Shown here in pieces: positions 9,816 through 19,909 of a stretch of 64,000 nt of DNA; position 1 is the first letter of the stretch, and every line of letters starts with the position of its first letter. The notes below the pieces were generated by a model that saw nothing but the letters and a program-made list of their open reading frames with translations, ran no database searches and was not told the origin of the DNA. The position numbers were made by a program, and so were the translations under genes. The DNA comes from an uncultured Acidobacteriota bacterium (GTDB lineage Bacteria; Acidobacteriota; Terriglobia; Acidiferrales; UBA7541), in assembly GCA_963723845.1 (NCBI GenBank), contig CAVRSO010000105.1:57307-121306 (forward strand), written 5' to 3'.

Positions 9816-11060
9816 TTGAACCGCCGAGTTGTCGTGACGGGTGTTGGACTAATCTGCGGTTGCGGCATTGGAACCGAAGAGGTGTGGCGCAATCTGCTGG
9901 CCGGAAAAAGCGGCATCGGACGCGTCACGCAATTCGACGTGAGCGCCTTCGATTGCCAGATTGCCGGCGAGGTGAAGGGCTTCGATCCGCTGAACTGGAT
10001 CGAGAAAAAAGAACTGAAGAAGATGGCGCGGTTCATTCAGCTGGCGATGGCCGCCTCGGATTTCGCCATGCGCATGGCTGGGCTCGAGATCACGCCGGAA
10101 ATCGCGGATGCGACGGGCGTCTACATCGGATCGGGCATCGGCGGATTCGACGTAATCGAGCGCGAACACTCTAAATACTTGAGCGGCGGTCCGGGCAAGA
10201 TCTCCCCATTTTTCATTCCTTCAGCGATCGTGAACCTGGCAGCTGGAAATGTTTCCATCCGCTACGGAGCCAAGGGGCCGAATTCGGCGACGGCGACGGC
10301 ATGTTCTGCCGGGGCTCACGCGGTGGGCGACGCGTACAAAATTATCCAGCGCTGCGATGCCGAAGTGATGATCGCGGGCGGCTCGGAAGCGGCGGTGACA
10401 CCAATGAGCATCGGCGGATTCGGGGCCATGCGTGCGCTTTCGACGCGCAACGACGAGCCCGAGCGCGCCAGCCGTCCTTTTGATGCGCAGCGCGATGGGT
10501 TCGTGGTGGGCGAAGGCTCGGGCGTGCTGATTCTCGAATCGCTGGAATTTGCGCAGCGGCGCGGCGCAAACATAATCGTGGAAATCACCGGCTACGGAAT
10601 GTCCGGCGACGCGCACCACATCACGCAGCCCGCCGAAGGCGGCGACGGGGGGTACCGTTGTTCGCTCGCTGCAATCAAAGATGCGAAGATTTCGCCGGCG
10701 GAAGTCGGTTACGTCAACGCGCACGGGACGTCAACTCCAATCGGCGATGCGATCGAAACTGTCGCGCTGAAGCACGTGTTCGGAGATCGTGCGAAAAAGG
10801 TTCCAATCAGCTCGACGAAATCCATGACCGGACATCTTCTGGGCGGCGCGGGCGGGCTCGAAGCGGGCATCGGCGTGCTGGCGCTGCGCGATCAGATTCT
10901 GCCGCCGACGATCAACCAGGAAAATCCCGATCCCGCATGCGACCTCGATTACGTTCCCAATAAATCGCGCAAAGCGGAAGTGAACTACGCGCTCTCGAAT
11001 TCGTTCGGCTTCGGCGGGACGAATGCGTCGCTGCTCTTCAAGCGATGGGAAGGGCGCTAG
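9816..11060 (+). CDS. fabF: 3-oxoacyl-ACP synthase II
   Basis: 414 aa. Active-site Cys context ATACSAGAHA, plus HGTSTP and GHLLGGAG. TTG start after a CAGGAGAAG SD. Confidence 0.9.
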   Translation: MNRRVVVTGVGLICGCGIGTEEVWRNLLAGKSGIGRVTQFDVSAFDCQIAGEVKGFDPLNWIEKKELKKMARFIQLAMAASDFAMRMAGLEITPEIADATGVYIGSGIGGFDVIEREHSKYLSGGPGKISPFFIPSAIVNLAAGNVSIRYGAKGPNSATATACSAGAHAVGDAYKIIQRCDAEVMIAGGSEAAVTPMSIGGFGAMRALSTRNDEPERASRPFDAQRDGFVVGEGSGVLILESLEFAQRRGANIIVEITGYGMSGDAHHITQPAEGGDGGYRCSLAAIKDAKISPAEVGYVNAHGTSTPIGDAIETVALKHVFGDRAKKVPISSTKSMTGHLLGGAGGLEAGIGVLALRDQILPPTINQENPDPACDLDYVPNKSRKAEVNYALSNSFGFGGTNASLLFKRWEGR

Positions 11061-11061
11061 C

Positions 11062-11832
11062 GTGAAGATTGGCGTGTGCGTCAAGCAAGTGCCAGCGAAG
11101 GATGCGCCGCTCGCGATTGCGGAAGGCGGCGCGTGGATTCGCGAGTCCGATATCGGATTTGAGATGAACGAGCCGGACAGCTTCGCGCTGGAAGAAGCCC
11201 TGCGGCTGAAGGAAAAGCACGGCGGCGAAGTGGTGGCCATCTCGATGGGGCCGGAGCGCGTGAAGCAAACCATCAAGGAAGCGCTGGCCAAGGGCGCCGA
11301 ACGCGGAATCCACATCTCCGATCCTGAATTTTTCAAGCTCGATCCGCTGGGCTCCGCGCGTTCGATCGCGGCCGCAATCCAGAAAGAGAATTTCGAATTA
11401 ATTCTCACCGGGCTGCAAAGTGACGACCAGGGCTTTGGGCAGACCGGCGTGCTACTCGCCGAATTGCTGGAGCGTCCGCACGCAACGATTATCATGGCGA
11501 TTGAAGTTACCGACGGACGGATGAAACTGAAACGCGAGCTGGAAGCGGGCTGGTTCCAGTGGGTCGAGCTGCCGCTGCCGGCGGTGATTACCATTCAATC
11601 CGGCATCAACAAGGTGCGCTACGCCACGCTGAAGGGCATCATGGCCGCAAAGAAGAAGGAAATTGCGACCGTGGAGCGCGCTTCTCTCGGAGTTTCCAGT
11701 GCGCGGACGCAGCAGATCGAGCGACTTTACGTGCCGCAGAAGGTTAAGAAGACGGAGTTCATCACCGGCTCGCCGAAAGAGGCGGCGGCGAAGCTGATCG
11801 AAAAACTGCGACACGAGGCACGGGTCATTTAG
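11062..11832 (+). CDS. etfB: Electron transfer flavoprotein beta subunit
   Basis: VKIGVCVKQVP... at the N-terminus. The GTG at 11062 lies one nt after the fabF stop. The ORF-track start at 11023 overlaps fabF and is less likely. Confidence 0.85.
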   Translation: MKIGVCVKQVPAKDAPLAIAEGGAWIRESDIGFEMNEPDSFALEEALRLKEKHGGEVVAISMGPERVKQTIKEALAKGAERGIHISDPEFFKLDPLGSARSIAAAIQKENFELILTGLQSDDQGFGQTGVLLAELLERPHATIIMAIEVTDGRMKLKRELEAGWFQWVELPLPAVITIQSGINKVRYATLKGIMAAKKKEIATVERASLGVSSARTQQIERLYVPQKVKKTEFITGSPKEAAAKLIEKLRHEARVI

Positions 11833-11849
11833 CGACAACGAATTAGCGT

Positions 11850-12839
11850 ATGAAAATTCTCCTGATCACCGAGCAGCGCGGAGGTAAATGGAATAACGTC
11901 AGCTTTGAGACGCTGGCGGCCGCGCAACAGATCGCACAGCAGACAAAAGGCACGATTTCCGGCGTTGTGGTTGGCAAAGGGGTCGCAGCCTTAGCGAATG
12001 AGTTGGCGGGTTACCAGCTCGATGACGTCATTCTGATCGAGCACGAACTGTTGGGCGAATACACGCCTGATAGCTATTGCATTGCGCTACGCCAGGAGAT
12101 CGAAAGCGCGAAGCCGGATCTCATACTGCTGCCGCACACGTATCAGGTGCGCGATTTCGCGCCGAAGCTGGCGGCGTCGATGCAAAAAGGAATGATTGGT
12201 GATTGCATCGCCTACCGCTACGAAAACGGAAAACTGATTTTCGTGCGCCAGATGTTTCAAGGGCGAACGGCGGCGGATGTGGTGTTCACCGGAGAGCCTC
12301 CATGGGTCGCGTCGTTTCAGGCTGGCGCTTTTCGGGGAGATACCGCGGCAAAGCGTGCTAGCGGTGAAGCGGAAGTAAAGGCCGCGAGCGTGGAATTGAA
12401 ACCAGAACAGATTCGCACTAAGCCGCTGGAGCTTTTCCGCGAAGCAAAACAAGCGGTGGACCTGACGCAGGCGCCGATTTTGGTTTCCGTCGGGCGAGGG
12501 ATCAAAGCGCCGGAAAATATTCCCATGGCGGAAAAATTGGCGAAGCTTTTAGGCGGAGAGATTTCCGCGTCGCGCCCCATTTGCGATGAAGGCTGGCTGC
12601 CGATGGACCGGCAGATCGGGAGTTCCGGGCAGACGGTAGTGCCGAAGCTCTATCTCGCGCTGGGGATCAGCGGCGCCATCCAGCATGTAGTGGGAATGAA
12701 AGGCTCCCGAACTATCGCCGCAATCAACAAGGACGCTAACGCGCCGATTTTCGAGATCGCCGATTATGGGATTGTGGGCGACCTCTTCGAAATCGTCCCC
12801 GCCCTGATCGAGGAACTGGAAAAGACTCCGGCGAAATGA
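11850..12839 (+). CDS. etfA: Electron transfer flavoprotein alpha subunit
   Basis: 329 aa. C-terminal FAD-binding region [19 protein letters not shown]...[13 protein letters not shown]. Confidence 0.85.
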   Translation: MKILLITEQRGGKWNNVSFETLAAAQQIAQQTKGTISGVVVGKGVAALANELAGYQLDDVILIEHELLGEYTPDSYCIALRQEIESAKPDLILLPHTYQVRDFAPKLAASMQKGMIGDCIAYRYENGKLIFVRQMFQGRTAADVVFTGEPPWVASFQAGAFRGDTAAKRASGEAEVKAASVELKPEQIRTKPLELFREAKQAVDLTQAPILVSVGRGIKAPENIPMAEKLAKLLGGEISASRPICDEGWLPMDRQIGSSGQTVVPKLYLALGISGAIQHVVGMKGSRTIAAINKDANAPIFEIADYGIVGDLFEIVPALIEELEKTPAK

Positions 12840-12863
12840 GGGGGAGACCGTCGCCTCTTCAGG

Positions 12864-13142
12864 TTAGTCCCTATTTTTCAGCTTGAGACGGCTTTTGTTT
12901 TCCTCAAGAAAAGCGCGGAGATTATCGGCGGCGTCGAGCAGGCGAATCCATTGCTCGTAATACAGAGTGACGGGAAAGCGCCCGAGGCCGTAGACACTCA
13001 CGCCGCCCTTTTCGCCGACGCGAAATTCGAGACTACCCTTCGGCCGCGAGCCGGTCTGCTTTTCCAGTTCGGCGATGCGAGCCAGTAACTCTTCTTTTGT
13101 TGGTTCCGACATATTTTCGTACTCCTCTGACATCGGAATCAT
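12864..13142 (-). CDS. Small hypothetical protein (short coiled-coil N-terminus, conserved-looking GVSVYGLGRFPVTLYYEQW core)
   Basis: 92-aa ORF, 73 nt downstream of the GGDEF regulator on the same strand. Non-shadow amino-acid composition. No family recognised. Internal starts (MSEEY.., MSEPT..) are possible. Confidence 0.45.
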   Translation of the reverse strand: MIPMSEEYENMSEPTKEELLARIAELEKQTGSRPKGSLEFRVGEKGGVSVYGLGRFPVTLYYEQWIRLLDAADNLRAFLEENKSRLKLKNRD

Positions 13143-13215
13143 AACAGGTGGAGGGTTGAGGCTGCGAGTGGGCAGGTTTTCGCGGGGCAGATGGCATCGC
13201 CCGGTCCGGCAACTA

Positions 13216-14205
13216 TTAGCGGGACTTTACCGGCGCCGCGTCTGGCGCAGGAGCGGGCCGGATCGGGTGGTCGTACGCGGCGGGCTCCGAGCGATTGCGG
13301 CCAAGTTCTTTTGCGCGATACAACGCTTCATCGGCCAGACGGAGCAAGGTGTGGGGATCGAGCCGATTTCTTTCGGTGCTGGCCGCCACGCCGCAGCTCG
13401 CAGTTACACGCGCATCGCCGGCCAGAGTAGATACCGGCGTGGACTGCATCGCTTCGCGTATTCTCTCCGCCAGAGCCAGAGTTCCCTCCGCGTCCGACGA
13501 GGGCACGACCACAAGAAACTCCTCGCCGCCCCAGCGCCCCACGGTGTCGTAAGGACGAACGGCTTGCTTCATCCGCAGCGCCGCCTCTTTTAGCACCGCA
13601 TCTCCGGCGAGATGCCCCAAGCTGTCGTTGACGCTTTTGAAGTGGTCCAAATCCAGTAGAACGACTCCGAATGCCCCTCCTTCACGTATTTGCCGTGACG
13701 ACTCCCGATTCATGGCATCGATCACCACAGCGCGATTATAGATACCCGTCAGCAAGTCGTGAGTGGCATGGAAGCGCATCTCTTCCCGCGCGGCGATCAG
13801 GCTATCCTGCAGGTCGAGGATACGCTGCCCGACGTGCAGGCGCGCGCGAAGCTCCTGGGCGTCAAAGGGTTTTGTGAGATAGTCGTCCGCCCCCGATAGG
13901 AACCCGTTCAGTAAATCCTGTTTCTCGTTGCGAGCAGTGAGCAAGAGAATGTAAACGTAAGGCCGTTCAGGGAGAGCCCGCACGCGCTCGCAGACCTGGG
14001 GACCTTCCAAGCCCGGCATCATCCAGTCCAAAATGGCGAGCGGCGGAGAATCTTCCGTAGTGAGAATCTTCAGGGCATCCACGCCGTCCGCGGCGATCAC
14101 CACGCGATATCCGGATTTTGTAAGGAACGCCTCCAGCATGCGGCGAGAGAGAGGATCGTCGTCCGCGACCAGAACTCGGTTTCTGATCTTCCTGTTGTCG
14201 GTCAT
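13216..14205 (-). CDS. Response regulator with GGDEF output (PleD-like diguanylate cyclase)
   Basis: REC domain (VLVADDDPL...LAILDWMMPGL...KP). GGEEF active site with an RxxD I-site five residues upstream (RPYDTVGRWGGEEF). Confidence 0.85.
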   Translation of the reverse strand: MTDNRKIRNRVLVADDDPLSRRMLEAFLTKSGYRVVIAADGVDALKILTTEDSPPLAILDWMMPGLEGPQVCERVRALPERPYVYILLLTARNEKQDLLNGFLSGADDYLTKPFDAQELRARLHVGQRILDLQDSLIAAREEMRFHATHDLLTGIYNRAVVIDAMNRESSRQIREGGAFGVVLLDLDHFKSVNDSLGHLAGDAVLKEAALRMKQAVRPYDTVGRWGGEEFLVVVPSSDAEGTLALAERIREAMQSTPVSTLAGDARVTASCGVAASTERNRLDPHTLLRLADEALYRAKELGRNRSEPAAYDHPIRPAPAPDAAPVKSR

Positions 14206-14241
14206 GCTGGGAACTACTCCGGGAGTCCGAATTAGTCGCGC

Positions 14242-17088
14242 TCAGGGCGCCACCTTTCGGCAAAACACTTCGATTTCCGGTAACAGACGGTTTATTTCGG
14301 CGAGCAAGATTTCCAGCAACTGTTCCGCATTGCCGACTTCACCTGTACGCGCTTGCTTCTCGAGTGCGAACGCTGCATCGGCAACGCGTCCCGCAGCGAG
14401 GCTCGCGGACGCTCCTTTCAGCGTATGTGCCAGACGCTCAAGCTGTCCCATATCGCGGGCCTCAAGCGACTTGCGGATTTCAGCGATGTCATGGGAACAC
14501 TCACCGGCAAACATTCCCATGAGATTTTCCAGCAGCTCGCGATCCCCATCGACGCGATCTAACGCCGCCGCGAAGTCGAGTACGGGTGGGCCAGCGGAAT
14601 GCGATGTCGGCATCGGCGGAGCCGGGTTAGCAGGGCTGGCTTTAGTGTTCGTCGCGCGGTCGATTGCCGCGAGAAGGTCGGGGATTCGGATCGGCTTGGT
14701 CACGTATTCATCGGCTCCTGCGGCCAGGCACCTCTCGCGATCTCCCTTCATGGCGTGTGCCGTCAGAGCTATGATCGGCAGATGTGTGCCTGAACTTTGC
14801 TCCTTTGCGCGGATGGCTCGAATGGCGTCAAAGCCATCGAGCACGGGCATTTGCACGTCCATCAGAACCAAATCGAAATTCTCGCGTTCCAGGGCATCCA
14901 AGGCCTCTTGGCCGTTTTCCGTGGCTGCGATGCGGTGGCCGCGCTTCTGGAGCAACGCGATGGCCAGCCTTCGATTAACGGCATTGTCCTCAGCGAGCAG
15001 AATCTTTATTCCCTGCGGTGCCTTAGATGTATCCGATACCGCGGCACCGGGAGGAAGACTTCGAATCGCTTTCGAGTCCTCGGATGCGGTCATCCGCGGA
15101 ACGGCGCCAGTCAATTCAAAGCGGCTAGTGAAATGGAAAATACTGCCTCTGCCAAGCTCACTTTCCACCCAAATCTTTCCGCCCATCAACTGGACGAGCC
15201 GCGATGTGATGGCAAGCCCTAGTCCCGTGCCTCCATAATTCCGCGTCGTTGAGCTATCGACCTGTGTGAAGGCATCGAAGATCATCCGCTGTTTTTCTTT
15301 TGGAATTCCGATCCCGGAATCGCGCACTTGGAAGTGGAGCATAACTCCGGTGTCGCTCTCCGATTCAGCCTCGACGCTAACTTTAATCTCTCCGCGCTTC
15401 GTGAACTTCACGGCGTTCCCCACAAGGTTAACGACGATCTGCCGGAGCCGACCCACATCGCCCCTCAGATACTTAGGGATTCCAGGCCCAACGCGCCAAG
15501 ATAACTCCACATCTTTTTGCCGGGCGCGAAGGACGAGCGACTTTAGCGTTTCGTCCAGACTCTGCTGGAAAGGGAATTCGACGTTTTCGAGATCGATCTT
15601 CCCGGCTTCGATTTTCGAGAAATCCAGAATGTCGTTGATAAGCTTGAGAAGGGAATCGGCCGAGGCCCGCACGAGGCCGAGATACTCGCGCTGTTCCGGA
15701 CTCAGCTCGGTATCGAGGGTCAGCTCGGTCATACCGATGATGCCATTCATGGGGGTGCGAATTTCGTGGCTCATGTTAGCCAGAAATTCACTTTTGGCGC
15801 GGCTCGCGGATTCGGCGGCATCTTTCGCCCGAAGGAGCGCCTCTTCGGCGCGCTTGCGTTCGGTAATGTCCTGATACTGCATGACGGCGCCAGTACGATG
15901 CCCTGTGGGACCCAAAGGCACGGAGAAGGCTTCAACGTCGACCAAGGTCCCGTCCCTCCGGGCGCGCCTGGATACTGTGTGGATCACTTTTCCCTTCCAC
16001 AGGGCCTCTCGATTGGCTGCTACTTCGGCGCGAATTTCCTCGTTTGTGAGCAACCTAAGCAAAGACTTGCCGATGACGTCGGCCTGAGAATAGCCGAAGA
16101 GGTTTTCAAATGCTGGGTTGCAGAATTGCACGATGTCGTCGATCCCGACGGCGACGATGGCAATCGGGCTATTCTCGATGAGGGAGTTGAAGAAGGCGGT
16201 GCGTTCCTCTAGCTTTTCCTCCGTGTTCTTTCTTTCGGCAATTTCCTTCTGCAATTCGGATGTACGTTCGCTTACCCTGACCTCGAGATCGTTGCGCGCC
16301 GATTGCAGCGCTTTTTCGCGCTCGTGAATTCGCTCCAGCATTTCGTTGAAGCCGTCGACGAGAGAGCCAATCTCGTCTTCGCTGCTTTTGGTGGCGCGTA
16401 TGGAGTAGTCTTTCCCCAGCGAAATCGCGGAAACCGTCTGGGCAAGTTCGCGGACCGGTTCTGAAATGGCCCGCTGCAGGGGCGTGGCGAGTAGGCATGC
16501 CGTGACAAGCGAGGCGAGAACCACGAGGAGAGCTATCTCGGCGAAGCGTCGCTCCCGCGCGTAGAGCTCGTCAGTATCGGACTCCAGATAAATTGTCCCG
16601 ATCCGTTCTCCGTTGCGCTCGATTGGCTGGAAGAGAATCACTTGGCCCGGCTTGCTCGCGATTCCATCCGGCCCCGGGGACGGCGGCAAAGGATCGGGAT
16701 GAGAACCGGACCGCACGTACGACGCTAAAATTGCGTCATCAAGCTCGTAGACGCACGCCTGGACGATGTGGTCCTGCGCACTCAGCGAACTCAGGATTTC
16801 ACGGACCGAGCCGGCGTCATCAAAGGAAACTGCTGCCGTAGTATTCGCGCCGGTGGCACGCGCGGTCTGTATCAGGGACCTTGCAAGATCCTTTCGGAAG
16901 GTGACGAAGTCATACGCGGCCAGCGCGGTGCACGCCATCAAGAGCGAGACTCCGCAGCTGATCAGGATCACGCGCGTGAGTTTTTGTCCAATGGACCGGC
17001 CGTGGGGTATTCGCATCTCAGCTTTTGGCATTACCGGCCGAATCGTGCGCAACCGCGCCCTGGATTCCCGATTCGGCAATGGTTTCAA
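14242..17088 (-). CDS. Hybrid sensor histidine kinase (periplasmic CHASE8-like sensor, HAMP, PAS, HisKA/HATPase, REC, HPt)
   Basis: Two TM segments flank a ~150-aa sensor domain. H-box SHEIRTPMNGI. ATPase boxes GNAVKFT, DSGIGI and GGTGLGL. REC (ILLAEDNAVN...LVLMDVQMP). HPt HTLKGASASL. The true start may be the internal MRIPHG.. at ~17016. Confidence 0.85.
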   Translation of the reverse strand: MKPLPNRESRARLRTIRPVMPKAEMRIPHGRSIGQKLTRVILISCGVSLLMACTALAAYDFVTFRKDLARSLIQTARATGANTTAAVSFDDAGSVREILSSLSAQDHIVQACVYELDDAILASYVRSGSHPDPLPPSPGPDGIASKPGQVILFQPIERNGERIGTIYLESDTDELYARERRFAEIALLVVLASLVTACLLATPLQRAISEPVRELAQTVSAISLGKDYSIRATKSSEDEIGSLVDGFNEMLERIHEREKALQSARNDLEVRVSERTSELQKEIAERKNTEEKLEERTAFFNSLIENSPIAIVAVGIDDIVQFCNPAFENLFGYSQADVIGKSLLRLLTNEEIRAEVAANREALWKGKVIHTVSRRARRDGTLVDVEAFSVPLGPTGHRTGAVMQYQDITERKRAEEALLRAKDAAESASRAKSEFLANMSHEIRTPMNGIIGMTELTLDTELSPEQREYLGLVRASADSLLKLINDILDFSKIEAGKIDLENVEFPFQQSLDETLKSLVLRARQKDVELSWRVGPGIPKYLRGDVGRLRQIVVNLVGNAVKFTKRGEIKVSVEAESESDTGVMLHFQVRDSGIGIPKEKQRMIFDAFTQVDSSTTRNYGGTGLGLAITSRLVQLMGGKIWVESELGRGSIFHFTSRFELTGAVPRMTASEDSKAIRSLPPGAAVSDTSKAPQGIKILLAEDNAVNRRLAIALLQKRGHRIAATENGQEALDALERENFDLVLMDVQMPVLDGFDAIRAIRAKEQSSGTHLPIIALTAHAMKGDRERCLAAGADEYVTKPIRIPDLLAAIDRATNTKASPANPAPPMPTSHSAGPPVLDFAAALDRVDGDRELLENLMGMFAGECSHDIAEIRKSLEARDMGQLERLAHTLKGASASLAAGRVADAAFALEKQARTGEVGNAEQLLEILLAEINRLLPEIEVFCRKVAP

Positions 17089-17340
17089 GGGACAGAACTA
17101 CCCTCCTGTGGGTACTATCGGCAGAGGTACGGGCTGCTTTGACCGTATCGGCGGAGAGAGTTTGCTGGTAGACCTGACCTTCACATGGAGCGTACCGGCC
17201 CATTACGGAACATACGTGCGTCTCATCCGTTAACCAAGAGATGTTAATGGAGGGTTAAAAGAGCGCCTTCGCGCCATGGCCTGCTTGCGTTGCGAGCGCC
17301 ATTTCCCGTATGTTGTGGGTGACTTCCGCACAAAACATCG

Positions 17341-18036
17341 ATGAAGAAAATCCTGCTGATTGAAGACGACAAGGATATCGTCGAATTAGTGAAATACAAT
17401 TTGGAGAAAGATGGCTTCAACGTCGCCGCAAGCGGAGACGGAGCCACCGGGCTTGCGCAACTCCGCAAGTCACCTCCCGATCTGCTCCTGCTTGATTTGA
17501 TGCTTCCGAAGTTATCTGGCCTGGAAATCTGCAAGGAAGTGCGCAAGGACGTCAGCTTGAATCGCCTGCCCGTGCTCATCTTGACGGCCAAAGGAGAAGA
17601 AGCGGATCGCGTGGTGGGTCTGGAGCTGGGCGCGGACGATTACGTTACCAAGCCTTTCAGCCCGAGAGAGCTCGTCGCGCGTGTGAAAGCCCTTTTGCGC
17701 CGCGCGGAGCCGGCCACCGCCCCCGAAAAACCCATCGAAATTGGAGTGCTGAAAATTGACCCGGCCGCGTATCGCGTCACACGCGCGGGAAAGCCCGTGC
17801 CCATGAGCACGCTGGAGTTTCGTCTCCTTTACTTCCTGGCCGCGCGTCCAAACCGAGTGTTCACGCGCGATCAATTGTTGGATGGCGTTTGGGGAACCGA
17901 GCGATTTGTCACCCCCCGCAGCGTGGACGTGTACGTGCGGCGATTGCGTGAGAAGATTGAAACCGAGCCCCAGCATCCGGCCTACATGAAAACGATCCGG
18001 GGCGCCGGCTACATTTTCGAAACCCGTGCCAGCTAA
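17341..18036 (+). CDS. phoB: OmpR/PhoB-family response regulator
   Basis: REC plus winged-helix domain (LEFRLLYFLAARPNRVFTRDQLL...IRGAGYIF). Genomic context with phoR, phoU and pstSCAB. Confidence 0.8.
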   Translation: MKKILLIEDDKDIVELVKYNLEKDGFNVAASGDGATGLAQLRKSPPDLLLLDLMLPKLSGLEICKEVRKDVSLNRLPVLILTAKGEEADRVVGLELGADDYVTKPFSPRELVARVKALLRRAEPATAPEKPIEIGVLKIDPAAYRVTRAGKPVPMSTLEFRLLYFLAARPNRVFTRDQLLDGVWGTERFVTPRSVDVYVRRLREKIETEPQHPAYMKTIRGAGYIFETRAS

Positions 18037-19813
18037 GCTTTTCTGGAAATTGGGTCTGATCTACTTTGGCCTGCTTCTCGCCATTTTGCTCGCAGTGAAC
18101 TTTTATTCCTCGCGCCTCCTCCGCCGCGATTACGTTCGTTCTGCAAACGATAAGCTTACCTCCCTGATGAGTCTCGCCAAGGCGCGACCTCCGGCGTCAA
18201 AGGAGCCCCAGGATCTTCAGGCCTGGACGGACTGGGTTTCTGCCGGTGGCTTACGCGCCACTGTCTTCGATCAGACTGGGCGCATGCTGGCCGATTCTCC
18301 TCACCAACCACAACCGGCAGGAAGCAGTTCTGACCAGCCGGAAGTTCAACAAGCGCTTTCTTCCGGAGAGGGACATTCCGCTCGCCGCAGCGCTGCGCTG
18401 GGTCGCGATCTTGTCTATGAAGCAGTCCGTTTGCAGACCGCGCAGGGCGATACGCTGGTGATTCGCTTGGCAGTGCCTCTAGCCGCGGCTCATACCTCGA
18501 TGGCGGAACTGCGGCGGAGACTCTTGGCCGCGTCTCTGCTGATCCTCATTTTCGGCGGTCTGATTTCGCTGGTTTATTTTCGGATGTTTGCCGCGCGCGT
18601 CGAGCGCCTCAAGAATTTCTCGCGCCGCATCGCCGAGGGGGATTTTCGCTCCTTACCCCCGGAACGCCAGCGAGATGAGCTGGCTGATTTGGCTGGCGCG
18701 CTCAATGAAACGGCGGCATCGATGGACCGCACCATCCGCTCGCTCAGCGGCGAACGCAATCGTTCCAGCGCGATTTTGCGAAGCATGGTCGAAGGTGTGG
18801 CCGTCGTGGACGCGCGCGAGAGAGTCGTATTTTCCAATCGCGCTTTCTCTGAGATCTTGAGCCTCGACGCCAGCGTAATCGAGGGGCGCCCTCTGATTGA
18901 GGTCATTCGCCACTCCGAACTGCTGGGCCTTATCCGCAGGGCTTTGAACGGCGAGGAAGGGCTTCGAAGCGACATCGCCATGGGAATCGTCCAGCAAAGA
19001 AGCTTCTCGGTGACCGCCACGCCCGTCCAAGCTCTCGACTCCGCCTCCGCCGAAGGACAGCCGTCCGGCGCGGTGGTCGTGCTCCACGACGTTACCGAGT
19101 TGCGACGCCTCGAGCGTGTGCGCCAGGATTTTGTTGCCAACGTTTCCCACGAATTTAAAACGCCCCTCACGGCTATCCAAGGCTTTGCGGAGACGCTGCT
19201 CTCCGGCGCACTCGAGGACCCACGCAATAACCGGCGCTTCCTTGAAATCATCCGCGACCACGCTGCGCGGCTCGCCGCTTTGACGGACGATCTCTTGAAG
19301 TTGGCGCGAATCGAAGCCGGTAAGTTGGAATTGGAATTCGTGCCGGTCAACATCCTGGAATTGGTCGAACAGTGCGCCGAAACCGCGCTGCTGAAAGCGA
19401 GCCGGAAACAGATTGCCTTTGAGACCGATGTTCCATCTGGCCTGCCAGCAATCCGAGGCGACTCTAGCCTGCTGCGGGAAGTGCTGCAAAACCTTCTCGA
19501 TAATGCCATCCAGTACACGCCTGAGGCCGGACGCGTTGGCGTGAGCGTCGCCGTCAACGGCCGGGAAGCCGTGATCGTGGTATCGGACACCGGCATCGGG
19601 ATTCCTCTGGCGGATCAGGAGCGAATTTTTGAACGCTTCTACCGCGTGGACGCAGCGCGCTCGCGAGAGGCGGGCGGCACGGGCCTTGGCTTATCCATTG
19701 CCAAGCACATCGTGGAAGCCCACGGGGGACGCCTGTGGGTGGAAAGCGAAATCGGCCACGGTTCGAAGTTCTCCTTCTCTATTTCTCTTGCGAATCAACC
19801 AATTGCATCGTAG
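18026..19813 (+). CDS. phoR: Phosphate-regulon sensor histidine kinase
   Basis: TM, HAMP and PAS domains. H-box SHEFKTPLTAI, then DTGIGI and GGTGLGLSI. The GTG start overlaps the phoB end by 11 nt. Confidence 0.75.
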   Translation: MPAKLFWKLGLIYFGLLLAILLAVNFYSSRLLRRDYVRSANDKLTSLMSLAKARPPASKEPQDLQAWTDWVSAGGLRATVFDQTGRMLADSPHQPQPAGSSSDQPEVQQALSSGEGHSARRSAALGRDLVYEAVRLQTAQGDTLVIRLAVPLAAAHTSMAELRRRLLAASLLILIFGGLISLVYFRMFAARVERLKNFSRRIAEGDFRSLPPERQRDELADLAGALNETAASMDRTIRSLSGERNRSSAILRSMVEGVAVVDARERVVFSNRAFSEILSLDASVIEGRPLIEVIRHSELLGLIRRALNGEEGLRSDIAMGIVQQRSFSVTATPVQALDSASAEGQPSGAVVVLHDVTELRRLERVRQDFVANVSHEFKTPLTAIQGFAETLLSGALEDPRNNRRFLEIIRDHAARLAALTDDLLKLARIEAGKLELEFVPVNILELVEQCAETALLKASRKQIAFETDVPSGLPAIRGDSSLLREVLQNLLDNAIQYTPEAGRVGVSVAVNGREAVIVVSDTGIGIPLADQERIFERFYRVDAARSREAGGTGLGLSIAKHIVEAHGGRLWVESEIGHGSKFSFSISLANQPIAS

Positions 19814-19909
19814 TGAAACATTCATTCCTGCGTCATCTGTGTGCAATGCCCAAAAACCATCCTGAAATGGGGTGATCCGCACAGGGCGGGTCACGGGGAG
19901 AACACTAAG

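Noticed and set aside
14033-15238. 401-aa ORF antisense to the hybrid histidine kinase. Similar long antisense ORFs occur at 10731-11594, 18574-19596, 31879-32850, 49538-50482, 51141-51971 and 58918-59787.
   Set aside because: All of them overlap strong, motif-bearing genes on the other strand. They are Ser/Arg/Ala/Pro-rich and show no domain signatures. They are treated as GC-driven open frames.
17229-17259. Three GTTAA(C/T/A) repeats upstream of phoB as an autoregulatory Pho box
   Set aside because: The spacing is irregular (14 and 11 bp). The half-site differs from the TGTAAC repeat at pstS. No -10 element sits at the expected distance.
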